This document shows positions 17,225 to 31,530 of a DNA stretch of 64,000 bases, piece by piece; position 1 is the first letter of the stretch, and each line of letters begins with the position of its first letter. The notes beneath the pieces were generated by a model that worked only from the letters and a program-made list of their open reading frames with translations, was not told the origin of the DNA and made no database searches. The translations under genes and the position numbers were made by a program. The stretch is from the human T2T-CHM13v2.0 reference genome, Homo sapiens. The DNA lies in the NCBI RefSeq assembly GCF_009914755.1, contig NC_060944.1; one strand, given 5' to 3'.

Positions 17225-17632
17225 ATTATTTAAGGTGATGCTGGTTGCTGTAACAAATAATCCTCAAAATCACAGTGGCTTAACCCAAAAAAACTCTAAA
17301 GAGTATGTTTCTAGCCAAGTGGCCCACCTCTAAGTGACAACCCAGGGACCCAGACTCCTTCCATCTTGTGGCTCTGCCACCATCAAGGTATGACTTTCTA
17401 GGATGCCCTGGGGTCATCTCAATCCCAGTCTGTTCAAAAGGTAGAAAGCAGGGAGAAAACTTGTAAAGTTTTTTGTAGGTTCAGCAGTGAAGTACTGTCC
17501 AATGCTTCCAGTCACTCTCCTCAGCTCTGCTACATGACACATCCTTCTGCAAGGGAGACTGGGAAATGAAGTCCAGATGAGGGGTCCAGGAAGCAGAGAT
17601 GGCTGCATGAGCACCCAGTCAGTCTCTGCCAA
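17225..17632 (-). mobile_element. Old MLT1-family LTR
   Basis: gctgtaacaaataatcctcaaaatcacagtggcttaac...cccagggacccagactccttccatcttgtggctctgcc. Confidence 0.65.
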
Positions 17633-17959
17633 CTACCCAATCCACAAGACAGGAAAGAAAGGCAGCAGAAGAGGCTCTGGGTGGAACCAAAGTGGGCGGT
17701 CATGGGGAGAGGTCCTTCTCACTCCCCCACTGTCTTCCACATTGTACTATAGTGCTAAGCTGGACCCCATTTTCCTTGTCTATAAATTGGGGTAAGTCCA
17801 CCTGTCCAAACTACCCATTGTCCAGTGCTTTTGCTGTCCCAAGCATCCCCTCAGCACTTTCCATATCTGTTCAAACCAGCCCAACTTTCAAGCAGCAGCT
17901 CCCACATGTCTTTGCCTGATGGCTTTTTCCATCATCGTGGAGCCCAGTGAGCTTGCACA

Positions 17960-18324
17960 GAAGACTGGAAGTGCTGGGAGTCAACAGACTGAGTGCCTGT
18001 CAGTCAACTGTTTGGTGATCTTGGGGGAATCAGTAAACCCATAAGACTCCACTCATTGGTCAATGAATACCCCAACTCCCTCACCCCTCGAGTGGGGCCA
18101 TTGTGAAGTGTGTTTTATACCAGTCCACGAGCTCCCAGTGGGATTGAGTTCCAGTTGCCTATAGCAGTCACCTACTTGAAAACACACACTTTATTAGCTT
18201 CCTTGCCTTCCCCATCTCTCTTCCCCACTTCCCTACTAGTACTCGCTGGAATCTTCTACCAAATAAGCAGCTTGCTCAGCGCCATCTCTCAGAGTGTGCT
18301 TCCAGGGGACCCCAAACCAAGACA
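17960..18324 (+). mobile_element. LTR16-like LTR
   Basis: cccagtgggattgagttccagttgcc...ggggaccccaaaccaagaca terminus. Confidence 0.6.
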
Positions 18325-21300
18325 TCACTTCACGCTTAAATACTTATTAAGTGCTATTCAAATATTATTGTTAATATTTGATATTTAATATTTGATAATA
18401 ACATAGTATTATTTGAATAGCACTTATTTCATTGTGCACATCTGAAGATGGTTTTGCTATGGGTGATAAATCTACCAAAGAAGAGTCAATCTCATTCTGG
18501 CCAGAGACAGGAACTCTACTAGATTTTAATACCGTTGAGTTGTTAAAAAAAAAAAAAAAACCCTTAATTTTTATTATTAGATTCAACAGACAGAAAATTA
18601 ATCTGCCAAATGCCTCTAACATTTTTAAGTACTTTTCCATAATTTTAGAATTAATTTCCTTGCTGACTACAGACCCGTACTACTCTGAGGACCACACTTG
18701 GAGTGGGACTGCTCAAATCAAGTGAGCAATAGTGATCAAAACCCCTGTGAGTGTCAATTCCATCCCGACACACAAAGAGTTATGAATAAGCTTCCCAGGA
18801 AGTGTTGTGGGGCGGGGATTAGGGCGGAGTTCTCTGTTTGTCATTCATTTACAATTTCCAATGGAAAAATGTGTGGGTCGTCCCATTATGCCTGCACAAT
18901 TTCGGACAAATTAAAGGCTTGCCTCAGTAATTACTGGGTGGGTATATACAGAAACATACATCCATGTCTACAGGTCCTGCATACAGTAGTGTAAATTAAG
19001 GCAGAAAGTTTACAGCCAGTTGTTTTTCTGAGGCTTAGTATTGGTTTACCATATGAGAGTAGAAGGAGAGGGACATATTCCAGGATCAGAAGGTAAGATT
19101 TTTAAGGAACGAATTTATGAGACTAGCAATTCTTGGTTGAATCCCACCAAAAGAACAAAGTTTAAATGCATACCTTTTTTCTTTTTAATTTCTGTGTAGA
19201 GATTTAAAAAACCAAGCTAAAAAGACCAGTGCCTTGCCTGTAATGGCAAAAATAACATCATCCTCAACCATTTTAGTGGCAGGGGAATGAGTGGGGCACT
19301 GGATTGAGACACAGCTGCAATAGCAAAGCTGGGTAAGAATTTTATGACTTTGCTAATTTTCTATCTGTTCTGGGAGTAATAAATGTGCCCTTATAGATAT
19401 TCACGATTGCCCTCAAAATGAAAAAAACCTTTTAAATGGCACAGAAAAGCCTTTCATTCTTGAGGCATGTAATTCATGGATGATTTTCAAAATGTCATAT
19501 TTGAATTGGGAAAGTAACATTTCTTGAATTAATCAGCCAATTGCTTCAAGAATATGACTCAAAGGATATAAAAATTTCAAGCCTGACTTTTAAAAAAGAA
19601 AAAGGAATTTTTTTTCTATGTCGTTTAGTTTATTTTTCACAAAGGTCATAGCTAAATCAGGTTTATTTGCCATGGAAGAGAACAGTCTAAATGAAGTACA
19701 CTTTTAGTTCTTTAGTAAAAGGGAATGTCAGCAAATTTTAACAAGCACCACTTTAAATTTTTACACCATTAGACATGCGGTTTTGCTTTGTCTAGTTATA
19801 CCCTTCTTTATTTCCCTCTCTACCAGATTTTGGTGGTGTTTTTTGTTTGTTTGTTTGTCTGTTTTCACCTTTGGAGAGCTCAGCAAATGGAGAAGGAGAA
19901 AGGACAAAAAAAAAAAAAAAAAAAAGCAAAGAAAATAAAACAAAGACTTCCAGGACAAAATTCTCTAAGGGGCCTCTAAAGTCACTCACTCTCTGTGTTA
20001 TCAACATAAGTAAAGGGAGGTCTTTGCAAAGGGAAGACAAGAGAGACTCATACCACTGACTTGACTTTTCCCAAAGAACCTTCAAAAATCCTCCCTTAGA
20101 GCTGTCAGGACCCAGCAGAGACCAGGAAGGGATTCCTAAAGGTTTGAAGTCTCAGAGCCAAGGGATGGGGACTCTGGTCAAGAAAGAACGAGGTGTTCCA
20201 TGCTGGTGGCTACAGAGGACAGAATCTCCTGTCAAGAACATGTCAGGATCCTCACCTGGGGATCCTAGAGAGTGGAGCCCAAGGCCACCTGCTCTGTGTT
20301 TCAGGAAAAAGACCACATTTGAATCCCTCTTGAGGGCTCCCTCCTGCTATTACAGGATATTGGAGGGAGAGAGAAAGAACAAAAGCAGCTGATCCAGTGC
20401 CAGAAAGATAAAGGCTTGTTCACACTACTCACCAGCAGCAAATGTAGAAAGCTGAAGCTTAACATCAAACTCACTTTCTGTTCCACTCTTCACTATGTCT
20501 ACACAGCACCATTCCAGTCAACCTCCCCACAGCTCTCCTCCCATCCCCTCGGCCACACATTTGACCCTCTTATAGCCAATTGGCCATCCTTTGGGCCAGT
20601 CTTTTTCAAAATACTTTTGGAACATTTTATGGAAGTAGTACATACATTCAGAAAAGCACACACGTATCATAAGTTCACGGCTCAATGAATTTTCACAAAG
20701 TGAATACACCCATGTCACCAACATCCATACCAACACCAAGAAAAAACAGAATATAAGGCTCATGAAGGAGCTCTCTGGGGCTACAGAAATGTTCTATATA
20801 TTGTGTGGTTTGATTGTCAAAACTCACTGAAGTGTACACTTTTTAAAAACTGAATTTCTTTGTATGTAAATTTTACCACAACACAAAATAAATAAGGCAA
20901 AACCAGCACTCCCATGCCCCCGTCCAGTAACGGGCACTCACTCCTCACCAAGAATAATCAGTATCATGAATTTTACACCAGATTAGTTTTGTCTGATTTT
21001 GACCTTCGGGTAAATGGAATCGTACAGCACCCGCTCTGTGAGGTCTGGCATATTTTGCTCAACATTGGATTGTGAAATTCTTCCATATCGCTGCTTGCAG
21101 CTAAAGGTCATTCATGCTTATCACATTTCCAATGTGTGAATATATCACAATTTTATTTAACAGTTCTACCATGGAGGAACATTTGGATTGTTTCTAGATT
21201 GGGGCTTTCACAAAGAGTGCTACTATGGACAGTCCAGGGTGTGCTTTTGGGTGTGCGTATTCACACATTTCCATGGGGAGTGGAATTAGAAGGTCATAGG

Positions 21301-22052
21301 GCATGCACAGCTTTAGTTGATACTGCCCAGTAGTTTTCCAAAGTGGTTGTCCTGGTGGACACTCCGTTTAGGAGTGTTTGAAAGTTCCCATTCTTTAGCC
21401 AATCTCAATTTCACCCCCTTCACTGTCTTTCCTGACTACTCCACTCTGTGATCTCTTAATTATTTATGTTTAACTCAATACGTGCATACTGAGCCCCATT
21501 CACTGTGCTGCGTGCTGGGGACACAAAAAGGAATAGACAGGAATCCATCATCAATGAATGAATGGCCCAGTGGGGGTGTCTGTAACACAATGTGAATCTG
21601 ATGTAACTCAGATGCTTGTAATACAATGTAAATGGTACCATGGGACCAAATGAGGGTGTGATTAATTATGGCAGTAATAACTAGTGAGCCAGAATTTATA
21701 CATTATTATTTAGGAAAATAAACCCAATGATTCCAAGTCTTGGCAAGGCGATGAGGAAACAGAAACTCTTACCATCACCGCTTATGGTGTTATGAATTGA
21801 ACAGTACTTTGCCTATATCTAGTAAGTTGAATCTGCCACATAGCTGGATGCATCAGTTTCACTCCTGAGGGCCTGTTTTTGTATTGTCAAAAAGTGGAAA
21901 CAGTTTAAATTGTCCACCAACAGAGGAACAGACAAATCAACCATGTTAAGTTCATAATAGAGAATACAATCCAGCTGTTAAATGATCTAGGCTATTCGTA
22001 TTGTCAAAAATGTGTCTATACTGTCTGAAAAAGAAAATTACAGATGGATGCA

Positions 22053-22420
22053 TGTTAGGTACAGAACATTTGTGTTCCCCCAAAATTTAAATGTTGAAAT
22101 CCTAACCCCCAAAGTTATGATATTCGGAGGTGCAGCTTATGGGAGGTTATTAGGTCATGAGGGTGGAACCCACATGAATGAGATTAGCATCCTTACAAAA
22201 GGGACCCCGAGAGAGCTCTCTTGCCCTCTTTCCACCATGTAAGCACAAAATGAGAGGTCAGCAGTCTATAAACCAGAAGAGGACTCTCAGCAAAATCTGG
22301 CCATGCTAGCACCTTGATCTCAGACTTCCAGCCTCCAGAAATGTGAGAAATACATTTCTGTTGTTTATAGGCCACTCAGTCTATGGTAGTTTGTTGTATC
22401 AGCCTGAACTGACTAAGACA
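22053..22420 (+). mobile_element. MLT1A-type LTR
   Basis: tgttgaaatcctaaccccc...gacttccagcctccagaaatgtgagaaatacatttctgttgttta...gactaagaca. Confidence 0.85.
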
Positions 22421-24237
22421 GTATATAAAAGTAGTATACAATTTTAATAATTTAAAACTCACAATGCAAGGCTACATTATATCTGGACAACAACATACAT
22501 AATAAAAATACTAAACTATGCATGGGAAGACTAAGCACCAACTTCAAGACAATAGTTACCTCTGAGATGAATGACAGTGAGTGGGTGGAGGAGGGGATAC
22601 TTTAGAGGTAACATTTTATTTCTTTAAAAAAAAAAAGCCTAACAGAATAAAGGACAAAACATTTTATGCTCATCTCAAGAGATGAAGAGAGTATTTGACA
22701 AAATTGAATATTATTTCATAATAAAAACTCTCAATGAATTAGGTGTAGAAGAAATGCACCTCAACACAATCAAGACCATATAGCACAAGCCCACAGCTAA
22801 CATCATACTCATCAGTGAAAAGTTCATTAAAGCTTTTAACCATCAGTGAAAAGCTTTTCCTCCAAGATCAGGAACAAGACAAGCATGCTCACTCTTACTG
22901 CTTATATTCAGCACAGTTCTGGAAATCTTAGCCAGAACAAGTAGGCAAGAAAAAGAAATAAAAGGCATCTAAATCAGAAGACAGGAAGTGAATTTATCTC
23001 TGTTTGCAGATGGTATTATCTTATATTCAGAAAATCCTAAAGGCTCCACCAAAAAGCTGATAGAATTAATAAACAAATTCAGTAAAGTCATAGGATACAA
23101 AATTAACATAAAAAAATCAGCAATGTTTCTATAAGCAAAAAAACTATCCAAAAAAGAAATCAAGAAAACATTCTCATTTACAACAGCATCAAAAAAAACT
23201 AAGGATGAATACATTTAACCAAATGGATGAAAGATCTGTACACTGAAAAGTATAAAACATCAATGAAAGAAACTGAATAAAAAATAAACACTTGAAAAAA
23301 TACTCTGTGTTTACGGATTGGAAGAATTTATATCACAAAAATGTCCATATTACCCAAAGCAATCTACAAATTCGATGCAATCCCTAACAAAATTCTGATG
23401 ATATTTTTCATAGAAACATAAAAAACAATTCCAAAATTCATATGGAAGCACAAAAAATACTAAATAGCCAAAGCAATCTTGAGCAAAAGGAACAAAGCTG
23501 GAAGTATAACACTATATGTCAAAATATACTACAAAGGTGTAGTAATCAAAACAACATGATACTAACATATAAATCAATGGAGCAGAATAGAGAGCTCCAA
23601 AGTAAATCTACAAATTTGTGGTCAACTGATCTTTGACACATTTGCAAGAACACACAATGGGGAAAGGGTGGCCTCTTCAATAAATGGTGCTGAGAAAACT
23701 GGATATCCACCTGCAGAAGAATGAAATTGGACTCTTATCTCACCCCACATATAATAGTCAACTCAAAATGGATTAAAGACTTAAATATAAGACCTAAAAC
23801 TGTGAAACAACTGGAAGGAAACAGGAAAAAAAATGTATTGACATTGGTCTTGGCAGAGATTTGTCTCCTGCCCAAATATGTAGGCAACAAAAGCAAAAAT
23901 AGGCAAACGGGTTTGCATCAAAGGAAAAAGGTTCTGCACAGCTAAGGAAGCAATCAACAGAGTAAAGAGAAAAATTATGGGCTGAGAGAAAATACTTGCA
24001 AACCGTACATCTGATATGGGGTTAATCCGAAATACATAAAAAACTCAAACAACTTAACAGCAAGAAAACAACTTGATTAAAAAGTGAGCAAAGGACCTGA
24101 ATAGACATTTCTCAAAAGAAGACATACAGAAGGCCGATGGATATATGTAAAGTTGCTCAATGTCACTAACCGCAGGAAAATGCAAATTAAAACTACAATA
24201 GGATATTACTTCATACCTGTAAGGAAGATGTTTATCA

Positions 24238-24540
<303 letters not shown>

Positions 24541-24555
24541 TAGATATAGATAGAT

Positions 24556-24633
<78 letters not shown>
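24541..24633 (+). repeat. Compound (GATA)n tetranucleotide microsatellite in the Alu tail
   Basis: More than 20 GATA/TAGA units with GAT interruptions. Confidence 0.97.
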
Positions 24634-24637
<4 letters not shown>

Positions 24638-26610
24638 AAATATTTGTAAGAATGTGGAAAAGGAGAACTCTTGTACACTGCTGGTGGGAATGTAAATTGC
24701 TACAGCCATTATGGGAAACAGCATGAAAGCTCCTCAAAAAATTAAATATAGAACTACCATGTAATCTAGCAATCCCACTCCTGGGTATATATCCAAAGAA
24801 AATTAAATCAGTATGTGAAAGAGATATCTGCATCTTCATGTTCATTGCATGATTATACTCAATAGCTGAGATATGAAATCAACATAAGTGTTCATATACA
24901 GATAAACAAGTAAGGGAAATGTGGTATGTTCACATTATGAGATGCTAGTCAGCTTTTAAAAAGGAAGAAATTCTTTCATTTATGAGAACATGGATGAACT
25001 TGGAGGACATTATGTTTAGTGATATAAGTCAGGCACAGAAAGACAAATTCTGCGTGATCTCACTTATATGTGGAATCTAAAAAAATCAAACTCATACCAG
25101 CAGAGAGTAGAATGGTAGTAACCAGGGGCTTGGGAGGCGTAAAGGGGTGTGGAAAGGGGAAATGTTAGTTAAAGTGTACAAAGTTTCAGTTAGGAGAAAC
25201 AAGTTCTGGAGATTTATTGTACAGCATGATGACTGTAGTTAATAATCTATTACATACTTGAAAATTGCTGAGAGTCTATTTTAAATATTCTCAAAAAAAA
25301 TGAATGTGGTGATTGATATGTTAACTAGCTTAATTTTCCCACAATGTATACACATATCAAAACATCACATTGTACACCATAAATATAGACAATTAATCAT
25401 TTGTCAGTTAAGAATTAATTAACTTTTTTAAAAGAACATATATATATCTTAAAGTGTTGATACGAGTTAAATCTGAGTATTGGGTAGGGTACAACTGCTA
25501 CGTTATCTTCTGTATATGTGATATATTTTAAACCAAGTACCAAAAGTAAGCAAAACTAAAAGGGAAAATGCAATTATGCTGTGAGTTTAGATGGGATCCT
25601 ACAAAGCCATGCACATGTGAGTTCACAGCCGGCATATGTGAGTTCACAGTCGGCATGTGTGGCCAGTGTATGTGGCCGTGATGGGTTGAATATGGAAATG
25701 TCGTGGGTGAGACATCCTTACTCACTCACTCACAGGTAATGAAGCCACTCCTACCAGCCTTGCTGGTTCCTCCAAGAGATGCAGAGAGGCACATCCTGCA
25801 CAACGCCCTGCAACTTCTCCCTTCCTCTCCCTCATGCACAGTCTGAGATAAACAGAGCACTAGACTCGGAACCATGTTCTAAATTCAGCATTTACTGGAC
25901 AGGAGGCCTCAAACAAGTTTCACAGCCCTAATGAGTCGCAGCCTGCTGAATCACACCTTCCACTCTCTCCTGCTCTCCTGCCTCTGGGGCCATGACAGTG
26001 GACTGAAGGGAGCCAAGGAGACATAATAAGAAAGCAAACTATGGGGCCCCTGGCTCCCACCTCCAGCTGAAACACCTACTTTGTGCTACTCTGGGAAATC
26101 ATCACACTTAGTCATCTTTACAATTTTTACAAATGAGGACCCTGAAGCTCAGGGAGTGGGCTTGCCATGATCACAAGAGTAGATCCGTATTTAAACCTGG
26201 GTATGTCTGACTCTAAATCCATTTCTTCTTTTCCCCACTTTTTATTCAAATGTGGAAATGGTATCTTTGATTTCTTTTGTTCCCTCTGCTTCACCTTACC
26301 TACACCAAAGGAGCATCTGGGTGGGGTGTGGAGGAAGTAAAATTTGAGCCTCATCTGCGCATCTTCCAAATTCTAGCAGGTCCCCCTCGAGCTAAAAGGC
26401 ATTTTTTCCTGATCTTCACCAGTCAGTTCTTCTTTGGGCCCCATCCCACCACCTTAACCAATGACTCCCGCATCCAGGTCTGCCCACAGATCCCTTCTAC
26501 AGCCTCCCCCTGAAAACTAATTGCAGATTATTAGAACTTTGGCTTCCATTCCAGTGTGGAAGAAGCCAGAATTTAACACTCCATCCTAACAATTTCCCCC
26601 CACACGCACC

Positions 26611-27005
26611 TGTTAAGTTTAGCCTAAGGCTGCCTCCTTACACATTTTAAGTTCAACCTAAAGGTTTCTCTGCAAATAGTGAAGTGTAACCTAACTGGAT
26701 GTGTAAACAGACTGTAGCTTACTCTTGCGTCAATCACAGAATTTTGGCCAATCACAGGCAGCCAACTATTCAAACCCTGTTCAAATAAGGTAAACACGGA
26801 GCCGTAGTCAATTGGGCTGTTTCTGCACCTCACTTCCATTTTCTGTACAACACTTTCCTTTTTCTTCCACCACACAGCAGGGCTGGAGTGTTGCTGGAGT
26901 GTCTCTGAGCCTATTCGGGCTCGGGAGACTGCCTGATTTTGCAAATCATTCTTTGCTCAATTAAACTCTGCTAAATTTAATTTGTCTACATTTCTTCTTT
27001 TAACA
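26611..27005 (+). mobile_element. MER57-like (ERV1) solo LTR inserted in the L1 5' region
   Basis: tgttaagtttagcctaaggctgcctcc...attaaactctgctaaatttaatttgtc...tttaaca; 4-bp TSD CACC. Confidence 0.8.
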
Positions 27006-30000
27006 CACCTTACCACATCACTAAAGTCCTATTTTAAACAGCTCCTTTTACCAATATATCATGTCCAGCTATCAAGAAAAAATTATAAGACATAGTAAAA
27101 GGCAAAAACTACAGTTTAAAGAAACAGAGCAAGCCATCAGAGCCAGACTCAGATATGGCAGGGATGCTGGAATTGTTAGGCCAGGAATTTAAAACAACAA
27201 GGATTAGGGTGCTAAGGGCTCTAATGAATAAAGTTGGCAACATGCAAAAATAAACTGGCAATGTAAGCAGAGAGATAAAAAATTCTAAGAAAGAAACATA
27301 AAATGAGATGCTAAAGATCAAAAACATAACAGAAATGAAGGATGCTTTTGATGGGCTTTTTGGCAGACTGGACTTGACTGAAGAAAGAATCTCTGAACTT
27401 GAAGACATCTCAATAGAAACCACCAAAACTGAAAAGCAAAGAGAAAAAAAGACTGAAAGAAACAAAACAGAACAGTCAAGACTTAGAGACAACTATGAAA
27501 ATTGTAACATACACATAATGGGAATACAAGAAGGAGAAGAAAGAGCAGAAGAAATATTTGAAATAATAATAACAGAATTTCCCTCAAATTAATGGCAAAC
27601 ATAAAACTATAAATCCAGGAAGTTCAGAGAATAATGAGTGGGATAATGCCAAAAAGAAAAACCCCTACACCTAGGCATATGATTTTTAAACTACAGAAAA
27701 ACAAAGAAAAAATTCCAAAAGAAGCCAAAGGGAAAAAACACCTTATCTATAAAGGAGCAAAGATAAGAATTACATCCACCTTCTCCTCAGAAACCACATA
27801 AGCAATAAAAGAGTGGAGTGAAACATTTAAAGTATTGAGAGAGAGAAAAAAAACCACCTAGATCCTGTGCCCTGTGAAATTAGACTTCAAAAGTAAAGGA
27901 GAAATAAACCTTTTCTCAGACAAACAAAAATGGATGGAATTTGTTACCAGTAGAAGTGCCTTGCAAGAAATGCTAAAAGAAATTCTTTAAGAAAAAAGGA
28001 AAATGATAAAGGTCAGAAACTCAGATCTTCATAAAAAAGGAGGAGAATCAGAAAAGGAATAGTGAAGGTAAAACAAAGTCTGTTATTTTTCTCTTTCTTG
28101 ATTGATCTAACAGATAACAGTGTGTTCAAAATAATAACAGCAATAATTTATTCAATTATGCACATATCTATATCTATCTATATGTTTATACATGCATGTA
28201 TGCTTATGTATAAGTGAAATGAATTCCAGCAATAATACAAGGGATGAGATGGAAGAATTAGAATTATTATAAGGTTCTCACACTATCCATGAAGTGGTAC
28301 AGTGTTATTTGAAAGTGGACTTGGATTAGTTGTAAATGTACATTGCAAAATCTAGAGCAACTGCTAAAAAAAAGTTTAAAAGGAAGTATAACTAATATGC
28401 TAATAAAGGAGAGAAAATAGAATCACATAAAATGCTCAGTGAAAACCACGAAAGGCAGAAAAAGAATGGAAGACAAAAACAGCAAAAAACAACAAGGACA
28501 ACAAATAAAAAATAGTAATAAATATGATAGGTATTGATGTAACTATATCAACAATCACTTTGAACATCAATGACCTAAATATACCAATTGAAAAACAGAG
28601 GTTCTCCTAGTGGATCAGGAAACAAGACTCAACTATATGCTGTCTACAAGGAATCCACTTTAAATATAAGGCCACGTAGAAAGGTAAGTGTTTGCAGAAA
28701 CATGTTATGCTTGCACCAATCAAAGGAAAGTAGCAGTAGCTATCTCAAACAGAGTAGACTTAAGACCAAGGAAAGTTATCAGGGATAAAACGAGTTGTTA
28801 CGTGATGATAAAAGGATCAAGTCTCCAAGAAGACATAACAATCCTTAATATGTATTCACCTAATAACAGAACATCAAAATACATGAGAAAGAAACTAATA
28901 GACTGCAAAAAGACATAGATGAATCCATTATCATAGTTACAGATTTCAATACCCCAACATCCCTCATAGTTGAACTCAACAACACAATTAATCAACTGGA
29001 CATAATGGACATCTATAGCCTACTTCATCCAACAACAGCAGAATACACTTTCTTCTCAAGCTTATATGAAATATTCACCAGGACAGACCACATACTGGAC
29101 CATAAAATACACCTTAAAAAATATAAAAGAATAGAAATCATACAATGTCCACTCTCAGACCACAATGGAATTGAACTAGAAAACAATAACAGAAAGCTGA
29201 AAAATCCCAAAAGCTTACAGATTACACAACATACTTCTAAATAACACATGGGTCAAAGAAAACATCTCAAGACAAACTTTTAAACACTTTGAACTAAATG
29301 AAAATGAAAACACAACTTACCAAAATTTGTAGGATGAGGCAAAAGTAGTGCTTAAAGGGAAACTCTGAAAAGGTAAATAAATTCAATAAGCTTCTGCGCT
29401 GGCCAACTGTGAATAAAAGAGAAAGGGTACAAATTACTAATATCAGAAATGAAAGAGTGGATATCACTACAGATATCATGGACATTAAAAGGATAATAAA
29501 GGAATACCATGAATAACTCTATGCCCACAAATTGATAACCTAAATGAAATGGATCAATTCCTGGAAAAACACAATCTGCCAAAATTCACACAAGAAGGAA
29601 CAGACAATCTGAAAAGGTCTATATCTATTAAGGAAATTGAATTGATAATTAATAACCTGTCAAAACAGAAAGCACTAGCCCAGGTAGGTTCAATGTTGAA
29701 TTATACCAAACATTTTAAAAAGAAATTATTTCAATTCTCTACAATATCTTTCAGAAAATAGAAGTAGAGGGAATTATTATTAACTCATCCTATGAGAGCA
29801 GCATTATCCTATTACCAAAACCAGACAAAGCTATTACAAAAAAAGTACTGACCAACATATCTCATGAATATTCGTGCAAAAATCCTCAACACAACATTAG
29901 CAAATCAAATCCAGTAATGGACAAAAATAATTATGCCCCATGACCAAGTGGGATTTATCCTAGATATGCAAAGGTGGCTCAACATGTGAAAATTAATTAA

Positions 30001-31483
30001 TGTAACATATCAACTGCTAAAAAAGAAAGATCACATGATCATAGAAACAGATGCAGAAAAATCATCTGACAAAATTCAACACCCATTCATTATAAAAAAA
30101 AAAAACTTTCAATGAACTAGGAATAGATGGGAACTTCCTCAACTTGATAAAGAAAACCTACAAAACACCCGATAGTTAATACTTAGCGGTAAGAAACTCA
30201 AAGCTTTCCCACTAAGATTAGGTACAAAGCAAAAACATCCCTTCTCACCATTCCTTTTCAACATCATACTACAAGTCCTATCTAATGCAATAAGACAAGA
30301 AAAAGAAATAAAAGCCATATAGATTGAGAAGGAAAAAAAGGAAGAAATAAAACTGTCTGTTCATGGATGACATGATTTTCTATGTAAAAAATCCAAAACA
30401 ATCAACAAAAAATCTGGAATTAATAAGCAATTATAGCGGCATTGCAGGATACAAAGTTAATACACAAATGTTCATTGCTGTATACCAACAATGAACAAGT
30501 GGAATTTGAAATTCAAAACACAATACCATTTACATTAACACCTCAAAATTGAAATCCTTAGGTATAAACCTAATAAAATACATACAAGATCTACACCAAA
30601 AAAACAAAACAAAACAAAAAAGCTACAAATCTCTGATGAGAGAAATCAAAGAAGTAAATAAATTGAGAGATACTCCATGTTAGGGAGGCTCAATTTTGTC
30701 AAGATGTCAGTTCTTCCCAACTTGATCTATAGATTCAAGGCAATCTTATTCAAAATCCCAACAAGTTATTTCATAGATATCAATAAATTGGTTCTAAAGT
30801 GTATAGGGAGAGATAAAAGACCCAGAATAGCCAACAAAATATTGAAGGAGAAGAACAAAGGTAAACGACTCATACTACCTGACTCTAAGACATAATATAA
30901 AGCTACAGTAATCAAGACAGTGTAGTACTGACAAAAGAATAGGCAAATAGATCAATGGAACAGACTAGAGAGCCAGAGAATAGACCTACACCAATAGAGT
31001 CAGTTGACCTTTGACAAGGGATGAAAGACAACACAGTGGAGAAAGGAGTTTCTTTAATAAGTGTTATTGGAAAAAGTGAGCATTCACATGCAAAACAAAT
31101 GAATCTAGTCACAGACTTTATACCCTTCACAAAAATTAACTCAAAATGAATCATAGACCTAAATGTGAAACATAAGATTATCTAAAAGTCCTAGAAGATA
31201 ACATAGGAGAAAATCTAGATGACCTTGTGTTAGGCAATGACTTTTTAGGTACAATACCAAAGGCACTATCCGTGAAAAAAAAGTGTTGGTAAGCTGGACT
31301 TCATTAAAATTAAACTTTTTTGTTCTGTGAAAGACACTGTCTGCATGAAAAAACAAGCCAAAGACTGGGAGAAAATATTTTCAAAAGACCTAACAGATAA
31401 ATATCCAAATATACAGAGAACCCTAAAACTCAACAATAAGAACACAAACAACCCGATTCTTTAAATGTTTCTGAGGACACTTG

Positions 31484-31489
31484 AAAAAA

Positions 31490-31528
<39 letters not shown>

Positions 31529-31530
31529 AA
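31484..31530 (+). repeat. (TAAA)n microsatellite
   Basis: About 10 direct TAAA units. Confidence 0.95.
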
